DNA of 64,000 nt, taken from the NCBI RefSeq assembly GCF_032191835.1, contig NC_083228.1, forward strand, positions 27,094,001-27,158,000, written 5' to 3'. Origin of the DNA: Heteronotia binoei (taxonomy: Eukaryota). Below the pieces are notes generated by a model that was not told the origin of the DNA, searched no databases, and worked only from the letters and a program-made list of their open reading frames with translations. This document shows, one piece after another, positions 12,125-23,964 of the stretch (positions are counted from its first letter, which is position 1; each line of letters begins with the position of its first letter). Position numbers and translations under genes: made by a program.

Positions 12125-12388
12125 ACCATTTTCGCATGCAGCTAACCTCGCAGTCACAATCCTGTTCCCTACGCAGCGTCCGGTCGGATTTCGCACCATC
12201 TGCGCCGGAGTTACAGGAAGTGTTGCGGCTTTTGCGTTGCAGATGTAAACCGCTAAAACCCAGTTTACGTTTGCTACGCAGAAGCTGTGGCACTTCCTGT
12301 AACTCCGGCGCACATGGTGGGAAATCCGACCGGACGCTGCGGAGGGAACAGGATTGTGACTGCGAGGTAAGTTGTGTGCGAAAATGGT
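12125..12388. mobile_element. Young CpG-rich palindromic MITE (Harbinger-like) in TSPAN15 intron 5
   Basis: ~100-bp arms (accattttcgca...ggaagtg) nearly identical in inverted orientation; no clean TSD. Confidence 0.85.
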
Positions 12389-13444
12389 AATTGTAAATTG
12401 CTTCTTAACCATCTGAGGGTAGTTGGAAATACTTTGATTGTCCCCAAGCAGGTTCACTTTTTAGCATCCCCAGTTGTATTTGTCAGTTAGGAGGCAGGAG
12501 GGGATGCCTGGACAGAGTCTGGTCAAATTCTTTTGGAACAGATGATCATAGTTTTGTTGGGGGGGTGGGGAGAAGTGAGCCAAACTTGTCCAATAACTTC
12601 CTCCCACCTCTTAACAGATTAAAGACTGAAGGTCAGGATTTATTTTTAATGAGTTTTCAAAAATGTTAGAAGTAAATCATATATGCAATGAAACACTCCT
12701 ATGAAGAAGATTGGACTTTATGTTTTAGTAAGAGATAAAGGATGCCCATTTTCCAGCTGCAGGGACCTAGTGGGACACCCATTCAGCTTCTGCATGCTGT
12801 TTGTGAGTTTGTCCAGCTCCAGAACAGCCGGTATTTTAATTAGCCTTCCTCACTTGATAGGATTGTCAACAGTTTCTAGAGCTTTGTATATGCTATTTTG
12901 GCTGGAGTTCATAAATTTCCTATGAACAATTTAATAAACATAGAAAAGTCTGCTGCATCAAGTTTAATAGTGCCGATTAACAGACTTATTCCAACATTTT
13001 TGAAACAGCTTCAGATGTCTTTGATCAACAGGATGTGCATAATCTCATTACCACTAAAGGGACACTTTTAATGAGCAGTAAAAATTGGTAACCCTTATGT
13101 TCTTACTTACTTGTGCCAGCCAGCCACCTCACACTGAGGGGGTTTTTTGGGCTTGATGGAGGCAGTTGGCATTGATCTGTGTGCCCTTTCTGTTGTTCTG
13201 GTTATAATGAGAACAATAAGATTTGGCATTTTTAATGCATATGGTGGCTTTATTTCTCTGATTTTATTTATTATTTCAGGCCATGAAGGTAGGTATGTAT
13301 TTGAGTGATCCATCTGCAAGCTGAGGCCAAGTTTCACAAGCTTGTTTTATTATTTTCACTGTTCAGTTCTCTTAAACAATATAAAGCTATGCATTTTATA
13401 CCATACTTGAATTTTGAAATGTGTCTGGTTTTTTCCTCCTCCAG

Positions 13445-13492
13445 ACAGCAGTTGTCAATACCATGTGTGGATATAAAACTATCAGTGAAGAG
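13445..13492 (+). CDS. TSPAN15: Tetraspanin-15, coding exon 6 (TAVVNTMCGYKTISEE)
   Basis: ttttttcctcctccag acceptor, GAG|GTAGGG donor; 48 nt; NTMCGY motif of TspanC8 proteins. Confidence 0.96.
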
Positions 13493-14003
13493 GTAGGGAT
13501 TTATGTCTTTTTGTCTGTCTGAGACTGTCTGCTTCAGCTGTTAATTTTGCTTTTAAGCCTCCACTCAGTGATGTGGTCTAAACCTGTCCCAACTGCCCTT
13601 TCCTCCTCCTCAGCGTGCTCTTTCCCAAACCAGCTGTTCTCCTGTCTTTCTGGGAAGAATGCAGTCCTAGTGCGTTATCACACCTTCTGGATGGGAGAAT
13701 GCACATTTTCAACTGTCTTGCCCACGCTGCTGCCATGTTCCTCCCATCAGCACCTCTCAGCCACTGTTTCCCCTGTTGCACCCCCAGAGGTCACGGTGAC
13801 AGTGTGGGTTTCTTTTTTTGAAAATTAATAATTGCTATAGCACTATAACAATTTCTTTACGAAAAGCTCTCCAGTGGGGAAACTTGCAGCTGAGAGAGGA
13901 TAGTGCGCAGAAAACCGCTGTGTGGAAGATACATTGCCAGTGCAAATGCCTCTGGATTCACACCAGCACTAAACACAGAACCCACACCATATGGATGCAG
14001 CCT

Positions 14004-14289
14004 GCCCTCTTCTCCACACGCTCATTTTCATCACTTGCATTTCTTCTTCTTTTAACTGGTTTTTTTCTTTGTCCAAATGTGTTTTGCTCCCCCTGGTGGT
14101 CATATCATTATATCATTGCTGCGTCTCTGGCTTCTTTTTCTCCATTTTAAATTGCAGGGAAATAAACCAAAGATACAGTAATGATATATCAAAGCAACAA
14201 CTAGAGGGAGCAAAACACATGCAGGAAAGAAAAAAAAAGATGATACAGTATGAGTACACAAGCGATGAAATAAGAGTGTGGAAGAGCCC
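14004..14289. mobile_element. Palindromic MITE (Harbinger-like) with paired CTCF-type motifs, TSPAN15 intron 6
   Basis: Imperfect inverted arms; right end gtgtggaagagccc followed by TAA; motifs at 14086-14099 (-) and 14198-14211 (+). Confidence 0.7.
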
Positions 14290-15359
14290 TAAGTCCCTGC
14301 TCTTCTTTCTGCCTTTGCCATTCACACATGCAAAAGCAGCACAGGGATGGTTGGCGAGTAAATGCCCCAACCTCTTGCTTTGACAGAGCAGGCTTCAGCC
14401 ATATAAGCAGATTGGCCTTGAGGTGAGTGCCTGTTTCAGACTGCTGACTGAAACTGCTTTGTGTGGGTAGATCTTGCAAAAACACTCCAGCCTTCCTTTC
14501 CAACAGCAGGGTTTTGTGGAAAAGTACTGTAGTTTCTGTATTGGTGTCAGGGTAAATTTAGTAAATTTTTCAGTGAGTTCCCAACTTGGGAACAAAACAG
14601 AGATGGGAGAAGGGTAATCTTGTATATATATGCCAGGGTGCATTCATTGCAAACTGCATCACCGTACTTTCAGCAGTCTCTTGCAATCTAGGACTTTGTT
14701 ACTGTTCAGGATTGTATTTTGTGATTCATTTGGTGGTCCTAGTAATCAGCCTGGATACAGAGATGAAGTGCACACCATCACTGTAGTCTGTTTCTGGTTT
14801 AAATTTGAGGTCAGGTGTATTTACACAGCATAAATACAACTTGCATTAGAAAATATCTCTTTATTTTAAGTTTGTGCCCCAGCAAAATCCAGCCTTTCTG
14901 CATCCATGAGAAGTGGTAATAAGGCTATACATTAAGAGTAAAAATGAGATGGAACCAATATTGAATTCAGCCATTCATGGAACCAAAAGCAGCAGCAGAA
15001 CAAGATATTAAAACCTGTCTGGTAGATTCAGAAAACATAGCCTGTGCCAGCTTGTGTAATCAGCAAGACAGAACAAAAAGGGTTTTTCTGACCTTCTAAA
15101 AGTAGAAACTGAACTGTGTTGATGGAACCTATGTAAGAAGGAAAATTCATAATGAGGTGCTGCTACCAAAAAGGCCTTGCTCCTTGTCATTCTCTATTCC
15201 ATCTTTGCCAGAGCTCAAGTCCTTCAGACTGGAAAAAGACTTTCTTTAAGAAATATGTTTTGCCAAATAAACTAACTGACCTCCGGGATCCAGCAGTAAG
15301 CTGTCTGTATAGTTCAGTGCAGTTAGCATATAAGATCAGGACCTTCGTTGCTTCAGTGA

Positions 15360-15560
<201 letters not shown>

Positions 15561-16044
15561 TGATTTACACTTTTAGTAAAAGCGTTCTTTCAGAATATTC
15601 TTTTCTCATTTTGTGGTGGGATGGCACTGGGTCAGTACTTGCCTTTTGGGTTTTTTTAACAAAACTGCCCCAGAAACATAGTTCTGGAAGGGATCCCAAG
15701 TACCATCCTGTCCAACCTCTGAACGTAGAAAGTCACAGCTCCCCCCCCTTCTTGAGAGGGTTGTGCGCTTCTCTGTTTTCTGTTCCCCAGACAATCATCT
15801 GTCCACTGTGTATTGTGGTCTAGTTACAGACCCCCATTACAGGGAGTCTGTTTCTATAATAATCCTGAAGCAGAAAACAACAACTGTGTACAAAACACAC
15901 CATAAAAACATATACAGAGTAATTCTTATTGTCTGTTTGTTTCCAATAATACCAAATTCACAGTATATCAAAAAGTTTCACAAAAGGAAAGGATCCACAA
16001 TATTTCAACGTCCAGAAAATGTCCAGTCCTTCTCCCTTCTTATT

Positions 16045-17330
16045 CAATTAGCCGACTCACGGATTTGGGGGCTGGCCTTACAATGGCTTCCTCCTTCCTT
16101 GACGGGCAGGGACAAAGGGTGGCAATTGGGGGAGAGCTGTCCCAGAGGCACTCACTAGATTGTGGGGTGCCACAAGGGGCAGTGCTCTCTCCGATGTTAT
16201 TTAACATCTACATGCGCTCCCTTGCCCAGATTGCCTGGAGATATGGGCTTGGGTGTCATCAATATGCGGATGATACCCAGCTCTATCTACTAATGGATGG
16301 TCGGCCTGACTGCGTCCCAAAAAATCTGGACCTAGCATTGCAAGCCATGGCAGGTTGGCTCAGGCTGAGTAGGTTGAAGCTGAATCCAACGAAGACAGAG
16401 GTCCTTTGCCTGGGCCATGGATGTCTGGGAAGGGAAATCCCCCTTCCAGTTTTTGACGGTGCGCCATTGAAAGTGGTACACAAGGTCAAGAGCTTGGGAG
16501 TTCTACTGGAGCCTTCCTTGTCAATGGAGGCCCAGATAGCAGCCACTGCCAAATCCGCTTGTTTCCATCTTAGGCGGGCGAGGCAGTTGGCCCCTTTCCG
16601 AGAGCGTCACGACTTGGCAGCAGTGATCCACACAACGGTCACCTCAGGATTCGATTACTGTAATGCCCTCTACATGGGGCTGCCCTTGTGCTGAACCCGG
16701 AAGCTGCAGCTGGTCAGAATGCGGCGGCTAGGCTATTATTAGGGCTCCCGAAGTGAGAGCACATACAGCCGGGGCTCCGTGAGCTGCACTGGCTGCCATT
16801 TGTATACCGGATTCATTACAAAGTGCTGGTTATTACCTTTAAAGCCCTATATGGCCGAGGACCTGCCTACCTTAGGGACCATCTCTCCCCATATGTGCCC
16901 CAGAGAGTACTGAGATCAAGTGCACAAAATCGGCGGACAATTCTTGGGCCGAAGGAGGCCAAACTGAAGAGTACACGTGAAAGGATTTTCCTGATCACAG
17001 CTCCACACTGGTGGAACCAACTACCGGATGAAGTGCAGGCCCTGTGGAGTCTTGATCAATTCCACAGGGCCTGCAAGACTACCCTTTTTCAAATGGCCTT
17101 CACTTAAATGTGGATTGATCTACTATATTCGGCCATCATAAACTACCAAGGAGAACATCTAGAGTATAGCACTGTAAATGTTAATTTGTATTGTAATTTT
17201 ATGTTTTTAATTATAATGGTTTTAATTAGTAAATTATATATATTGTAATTTGTAAGTTTTACATGTTGTGAGCCGCCCTGAGCCTGCTTCGGTGGGGAGG
17301 GCGGGACATAAATAAAATATTATTATTATT
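16045..17330 (+). mobile_element. 5'-truncated L2 LINE in TSPAN15 intron 7
   Basis: RT motifs GVPQGAVLSPMLFNIYM and QYADDTQLY (16065-16694), C-terminal ORF piece 16823-17107, 3' tail gagccgccctgag...gggcgggacataaat(att)n. Confidence 0.95.
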
Positions 17331-17545
17331 AATCCTGTGTGGTATCCAAATTCCTTACAAATCCTGGCTCCAAAGGTGATGTTCCCTTACGTGCCCGTCA
17401 ACTTGGATCACGTTTCGCATATAATGCTTCCTCAAAGAGCCAATCTGTTGTGTAAAGGGTAATACTTAGTAAGCAAAGAGTCTACAAAATATATAGACTC
17501 TCCGTGCTCACTGACTGGGCGTCTGTACCCAAACAGAGAATGTAA

Positions 17546-17803
<258 letters not shown>

Positions 17804-19510
17804 TGCTGTGCAAGGCGGATAGATGACTAACTCCCCTTTGTTATTGTGCCTTGAATGCCGTCAGATTGTTAAAAACATATTGTGAGTTGTGTAAAGAATA
17901 GTACTTAGCAATCAGGCTTCCATAATTTATTAATATTCAGTTTTTCATCTCGAGCATTCTTTTAGAGCATCAAGGGATCTTATGCTGACAGATTCCTTTT
18001 CATTGTAAAAGAGTAAAACTAACCAAGGAGAAGAATCTATGACCAATAATTGCTGTAGTAAAACTTACCTATACACAAGGGCTGTCTAACTTAACCTGAG
18101 TAATGGGACTGCTAACATGGTAAAATCATCTTTATTTCTGGCCATTTTCAGAGCATGGTAATTTACCATCTGCATTCACAGGACTGCCACATTAGAATGC
18201 GTTGTGATCATTCAAACTGGACCCAACTGTTCACTAGTGTTAGCAAAGAATACTGGCTGCTGTGTTTTGTTGCTGGCTGGATTCTGATTTGTTTCCCCCT
18301 CTTCAGTTTACACTTGTCCTGCATGTTTGCTTGTTTTTAATGATTGCCAAGGGCTTTGGGCTATATCATTAGGCAGTTTTTTCCAAAGCCATTGTATGGT
18401 GTTTTCCACACAGGAGTAGACTTGCTACTGCAGTGGCCAATATAGCATAGTGGTAACAGGACTTCTCCATGGCAGACTTCCTTGTAGTTACCTTGTCTCA
18501 TTCCCTGGGCAGCAGCCACCTACCCACCTGTGACAAGGGCTTTTCCAGGTTTTTTTTTAATTGGCAATTACATTTCATTTTATGTTATTATTAAAACATT
18601 TATGATGTATGTATTAGGTACTTTGAATTCTCAGTTTTCATTTTTTTTTAATCAGGAAGCCTCTAGTTCCTTTTGTTGCAAGGATATACCTTTCCCTTTA
18701 TATCTCTGCAATGAAAGATAATAGATTTTTTTTTAAAGGGGACAAAATCTAAGGTGGGTATTCAGAAAATCTGATACACAGATTGCTATATTGATATTCA
18801 CTTGTTGATTGAAAACAAACAAACAGTCAAATGGATGTGACTACGGAAAATAGATGCTGTGTGAATAGCCATCCAGGCCGTGTTGTAATCTTTCTCTAAA
18901 TTTTGCAGCAAAAAAAAGTTTGGGGAAAATTGGAGAAAAGCTGGGGTAAGTTTGTGAAGTGCACAGATGCACCACAATGCTTTGTGAAAGTAGGGAAAAA
19001 TGCTTCCCAAAAGCATTGAACACATGGCAAGTAACCCATGCAGAAAAGGTCTCAAGTAAGAATTATTTTGCTGAAATGTTCCTATGTAAACATAGTTGAA
19101 TTTGTGTGCTGTATAATACTGTAACATTTTTGAAATTGTGCCTTCCTGCAGATTCTTAATGAAGTATCTTTATATATTTCAAGGGAGTGATTTCCTCTAT
19201 CTGTGCAATCACGTTTTTATGCTGCTTCTAATGGTTTACTGAAAACACTTTTGGAGGCCTTGCTCTGGAGGCTTTTCTAATACAAGCCACTCGCTGACTC
19301 AAAAAACAGCTTAACAAATGCATTTTTTTAAAAAAGCGTTTTGCCACTGTACAGATTTTTGTATGTTTTATTTAGTATTCCTGATGAATCTGAATCTTGT
19401 ATTTTTCCTGACAGACTGGAATTCTTGTGTATCTCCCTGTGTTCACCGAGCACTTAATTTTTATATGGAAAATAAATTTTATGGTTTTGTAAAAAAAAGT
19501 AAAGAAATGT
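17804..19510 (+). other. TSPAN15: Probable TSPAN15 3' UTR (~1.7 kb)
   Basis: Follows the stop codon, AT-rich, no obvious repeats, and ends near the canonical AATAAA at 19471-19476; the true 3' end needs transcript data. Confidence 0.6.
19471..19476 (+). terminator. Candidate polyadenylation signal AATAAA
   Basis: Canonical hexamer after a U-rich upstream stretch, ~1.67 kb past the stop codon. Confidence 0.55.
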
Positions 19511-20333
19511 AAATATTATTATCAACAAGTGTTTGAAGATGAATGTTAAAAGTCCAGATGTACCAAAAACAAGATCCTCCACCTCTGGCACCCTTTCCTC
19601 TTGTTGCTCTTAATTGTTGCAGGGAGATGGATGAAAATCTTGTTTCTCTTAATTGTTGCAGAAGACTAAGCCTCTTTGTGAGGAAAAAGGCCACAGTTGC
19701 CTTTTTGATAAGCAGCAAACAAACCGCTGTGTTTGGTCTGTCTCTCCAGTCCATACTACCTTGTGGTTTGTTGCATGATTTCCCTCCTTGCACTGCTCCC
19801 CAAGCGTCCTCAAGCACAACAGTCTGCTCATTTAAATTTCATACCCTGCTTCTCCAGGTATCTGCTCAAGACAGCTGACATGAAGAAGAAAAGAGTAGCA
19901 CACTTGAGTGACAGAATGTGTTAATGTCAAAATGAATTGGAACCACAAAAGTCAAAGTATTGTTCTGAGAACAGGCTGAAGCAGGCTGAAGTCCTAAGTA
20001 CCTGAGAACCCTGTTCTAACCCTGTGCTTTACAATGCGATCTGATGCACACTTGCCAGAGCAGCTTCCTGGTAAGGGGGGCACTGGATTTCAGCTTACAT
20101 TTCCTTTTGCAAAGAAACTGCTCTGGAGGTGGCAACATTTTACCTAATAGGGAACTCGGTTCCTATATGCAAGCTATCCATTCACTCCAGCTGTGGTGAC
20201 AGTGATATGTGTAGAGAGATGCATGTATACAACTTTTCCTACTTAAAAAAAAAATGGCAGAGGCGCTACACCTGAAGAACCTGTCTCACTGGGAATATAG
20301 TTCTGATTCTCTTGAATTCTGATTTGGGAGCTG

Positions 20334-20568
20334 TGTCATGATACTTGGATCTGAGGCCAAGACCACGTGTATTTGAGACCTGTTATATTCTCCACATGAT
20401 CATAGAGACTACAGATGCTATGTCTGAGCCAGCAGTGGTTGGGATGCTGAGGGAGAGGAGCCCGTGGCTGGGAATGACAGAGTGGGCGTGAAGAGTCCTC
20501 CAGCTGACCCTCCAAGTGAAGAGAAAGATTCTTTGGTACCGAAAAAGGGTTCAAGTCAATCACTTGGC
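20334..20568 (+). mobile_element. Possible Gypsy-type LTR 5' fragment
   Basis: Starts tgtcatga; ctgagggagaggagcccgtggctgggaatgacagagtgg...cagctgaccctccaagtgaa resembles lizard Gypsy LTRs as I recall them. Confidence 0.35.
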
Positions 20569-21055
20569 TAGGGTTGCCAGGTCCGACTCAAGAAATATCG
20601 GGGGATAAAGCCAGGAGCAAGATTGTGACAAGCATGATTAAACTCCAAAGGGAGTTCTGGCCATCACATTTCAAGGGGCCTCGTGCCTTTTAAATGTCTT
20701 CCCTCAATTTGGAAATAAGGATATGGACATCTTCTTTGGGGGTTCTTAGAACTGGACCCCCTGGTCCAATCTTTTGAAACTTTGGGGGGGGGGTGTTTGT
20801 TTTTTGAGGAGACACACTGAATGCTATGCTGAAAATTTGGTGATTCTATCTCAAAAAACAGCCCCACAGAGCCCCAGATACCCACAGATCAATTCTCTAT
20901 TATACCCTATGGGAATTGGCCTCCATAGGATATGATGGAGTGCCCAGCAAACATTTCCCTCCCCCTCCCCCCCCCCACACTTTCTGATGACCCTGAAGCT
21001 GAGGGAAGGCCTCCAAACTGGGATCCTCTGCCCCCAACTGGAACTGGCAACACTA
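20569..21055. mobile_element. hAT (Blackjack-like) non-autonomous element
   Basis: TIRs tagggttgccag / ctggcaacacta; 8-bp TSD cacttggc/cacttgac. Confidence 0.9.
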
Positions 21056-22010
21056 CACTTGACAGGCATCAGGAAGCTTGGGCTTTAGTGCATCGTCATT
21101 CGCATACACATGCAGTACTTGGTACCTCTGGCCTTGCTTATAGCACACTTTGATAAATATGTGAATTGGCTTCCAAAGACAGCATGGTGTGCAATGAGAC
21201 ACAAGATAGCACTCGGTGGTGTCATAGGTGTGGGGGTGACCTATTCCCACATGCAAGTCAGCCAGCATTTGACATTGCACTCACTGCACAGGAAACATGC
21301 CTGTATGAAACCAGCCTATGAAAGGCAGAGGACATTCCAGCTGCCCAAGGAACGTACCAGGATGACAAGCCTCATGGTCTGGGGTGTGTGAGCTGTTCCA
21401 GGAAGAAGCAGGGAAGCAGCACTCTCAGAAGTGACAGCCTGTTTTGAAAAGGACCCTGATAACTAATGTAAGCACCACATGCCACCTGGGTCTCTAGTTG
21501 TTTAATGCTGTGACAAGCAGGCTGAAGTCCTAAGTACCTGATCATGATGTTCTTCAACATGTATGAATGGAATGAGCTGGCATTTAAACAGCAGCAAAAA
21601 AAAAGTCAGTTTCTAACCACAGTTCTCTGCCCCACAAATAATAGGATTTGCTAAGCTTTAAGAAATCCTTATCTAAGGTTTTGTGCAGCAAGTAATGGAG
21701 AGGGGGAGTTATACAGAATTGCCAGTTGTGTCACTGGGCACTCCACCTACCCTGCTAAATAGTATTGTCTACTCAGGACTCAAGTGATTGCATTATTCTT
21801 GGAATGGAAGCTCCAAAAGTTGCTTTAAAAGCCATTTAAAATACTTGCAGCTCTATATGAATTTTACTGAGCTCCCATCTTAAAAGGTCACTGGTCTTTA
21901 GAAGGGACATTTCCCCTTAAGATGGTGGAAGGCATGAGGCCAAAGAAGTCTGAGGCCAGCAGAGGGCTTCTAATGAAATCTGTAGGCTTCACACACAGCC
22001 TGACTTTGCA

Positions 22011-22383
22011 GGCTTTCCCATTCTCATTTCTCTCTCTTGTACATTCCCGTTTCAGGGGTTTGTGTGTGTGTGTGTGTGTGTGGGGGGGGGGGGATCTGAT
22101 CCACGTGTTTTGCTCCCTCTAGTGGCCAATTCCATATTACACTGGTTTATGCCCAGCAGAAAAACTTACAGTTTAAATCGCCAGTATCAAATCAACCACT
22201 AGAGGGAGCAAAATGCATGTGGAACAGAAAAATACCCCAGAAGCAAAAGGAACACACAACTGAGGACATAAACTGGTGTAATATTGAACCAGCCACTAAG
22301 AGGGAGCAAATCATGTGCAAAACAAACCCTGCCCTCTTGAAGAAACTGGGATTTATAAGAAAAATGAGAATGTGAAAAAGACT
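22011..22383. mobile_element. Palindromic MITE (Harbinger-like) with three CTCF-type motifs
   Basis: Inverted arms 22102-22154 vs 22264-22317, plus outer arms (tttcccattctcattt / aaatgagaatgtgaaaaa); related to the 14.0-14.3 kb element. Confidence 0.7.
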
Positions 22384-22694
22384 GGGATGAGGCAGGATGG
22401 CTTTGCTGGTGGGTGGCTACAGATTAGCTATAGGGATTGCCAGTGGCATAGATTGCTTTAAAAGGGATTAGATGAGAGGTGGCCAAGCTGGTTCTTTCAC
22501 ACATATTGTGCAGCTCCCAGAGGTCAAGGAGGAACTTAATGCAGGCTTACTCTCAAGTAAACTTGCTTAGCATCGGGACCTGCGTACTGACCCATATGTA
22601 GGCAAATATTTCCTCTGTGTGTGGATTGGGGAAGGAGGGGGAAATAGGCTACCCTTGCTTTAGGCTGATCCTGCATTGAGCAGGGTGCTGGACA

Positions 22695-22965
22695 AGTCCC
22701 ACAGCATCATGCAGTAAACTGGATGTCAAGCTGAGCAGCCCTCACTGTGCTACAAGCTATCATGGCAGGACCACACAGTTCAGTGAGGCAAACCATGGGC
22801 ATTTTAGGTCACCCATTCCATCATCCAACAAACTGGAAGTCAAGATGACCCATCCAAACTGTGGTACAAGGCAGCAATTTATGGCCACACAGTTCAGTGA
22901 TGCAAACCATGGGCATTATGAGATCACCCAGTGCATCATACAGCAAACTGGATGTCAGGCTGATC
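22695..22965 (+). repeat. ~115-bp tandem repeat, ~2.3 copies
   Basis: aaactgga(t/a)gtca recurs at 22716, 22830 and 22945; ccacacagttcagtga.gcaaaccatgggcatt appears twice. Confidence 0.85.
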
Positions 22966-23152
22966 ATTCCTTGCTCTGCAAAAAGCCAGCATGATACATA
23001 GGTGAATATTTCTGCCGTGTGTGAAGTGGGGAAGGAGGGGAAAATTGGCAAGCTTGCAAGCTCTTCTCCTCCACCACAGAGGTCGCCCAGAGACCTAGAG
23101 TGGGGAAAGAAAGCATAAGAGACAAGGGAGCCACTGGAAGGAGGTATAGAAT

Positions 23153-23564
23153 CAGGTCCAGTGTGTGGGAGTAGGCCAAGTAGGTGGCTGCCTAGGGGTG
23201 CCGTGAGGCACCCCTTCTCTTGGAAAGCCTTGGCGAGGTCGGGAAGACAGGTGTGCTCAGAACCAGCTCTGAGCATGCTTGCTCGCTGCCACACCCACTG
23301 CCTCAGCGAAGTTGGGATGTGTGGTAGGGAGCACAGCTCTGAGCGCGCCTGCTGTCTTTTTGACTTTGTTGAGGCTTTCCAAGCCTTGGCGAGGTCGGGA
23401 GGGGGGGTGCCCGGCCCTCTCCCGCTTCAGATGGAGCTGGGAAGAGGGCCGAGCAAAGGGGTGGGCCAAGTGTGCATGGCTAATGATGTCACTTCCGGAA
23501 CTTGGATGGGGGACGGAGGTAAAGGTTTCAGCCTCAGGCGCTGGAACCCTCAGCACTGGGCCTG
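23153..23564. mobile_element. hAT-type MITE (cagggccggc-like TIR family)
   Basis: Ends caggtccagtg / cactgggcctg; TSD tatagaat/gatggaat (6/8). Confidence 0.65.
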
Positions 23565-23964
23565 GATGGAATTAAAGATGGCTGTGCAGGGTTCCCCCTT
23601 AGTTTCATAGCTCTTGTAGGAGCTGTATTTACTAACCTTAGCGTGAAGGCAAAAAGAGATGCAGAAGGATGCAAACGGTAGTCAGTGATTTATATGGTAC
23701 AAATGTGTTTCTTTCTCCCACTGGTGCAAAAACATAATTCCCTAACCTTTCCCTATTCTGGTCTTATGGGGACTGCCATTCCCAGCCTTTGTTTTTTAAA
23801 CGAGTGTCCTAAAATGGTAGTATTGTCAAGTGCATATATATGTATTTTATCTTTCTGTGCAAAGAAAGTATTAAGAATTTTAAGAAAGACTTATGTGTAA
23901 TATTTGTTCGTATCTTGTGGCTCTAAAACATCTGCCCTTTATTTACATGGCTCTTAAGTAAGTT

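Noticed and set aside
12005-12457. Overlapping ORFs on both strands with similar peptides (DRTLRREQDCDCEVSC)
   Set aside because: Artefact of the palindromic MITE.
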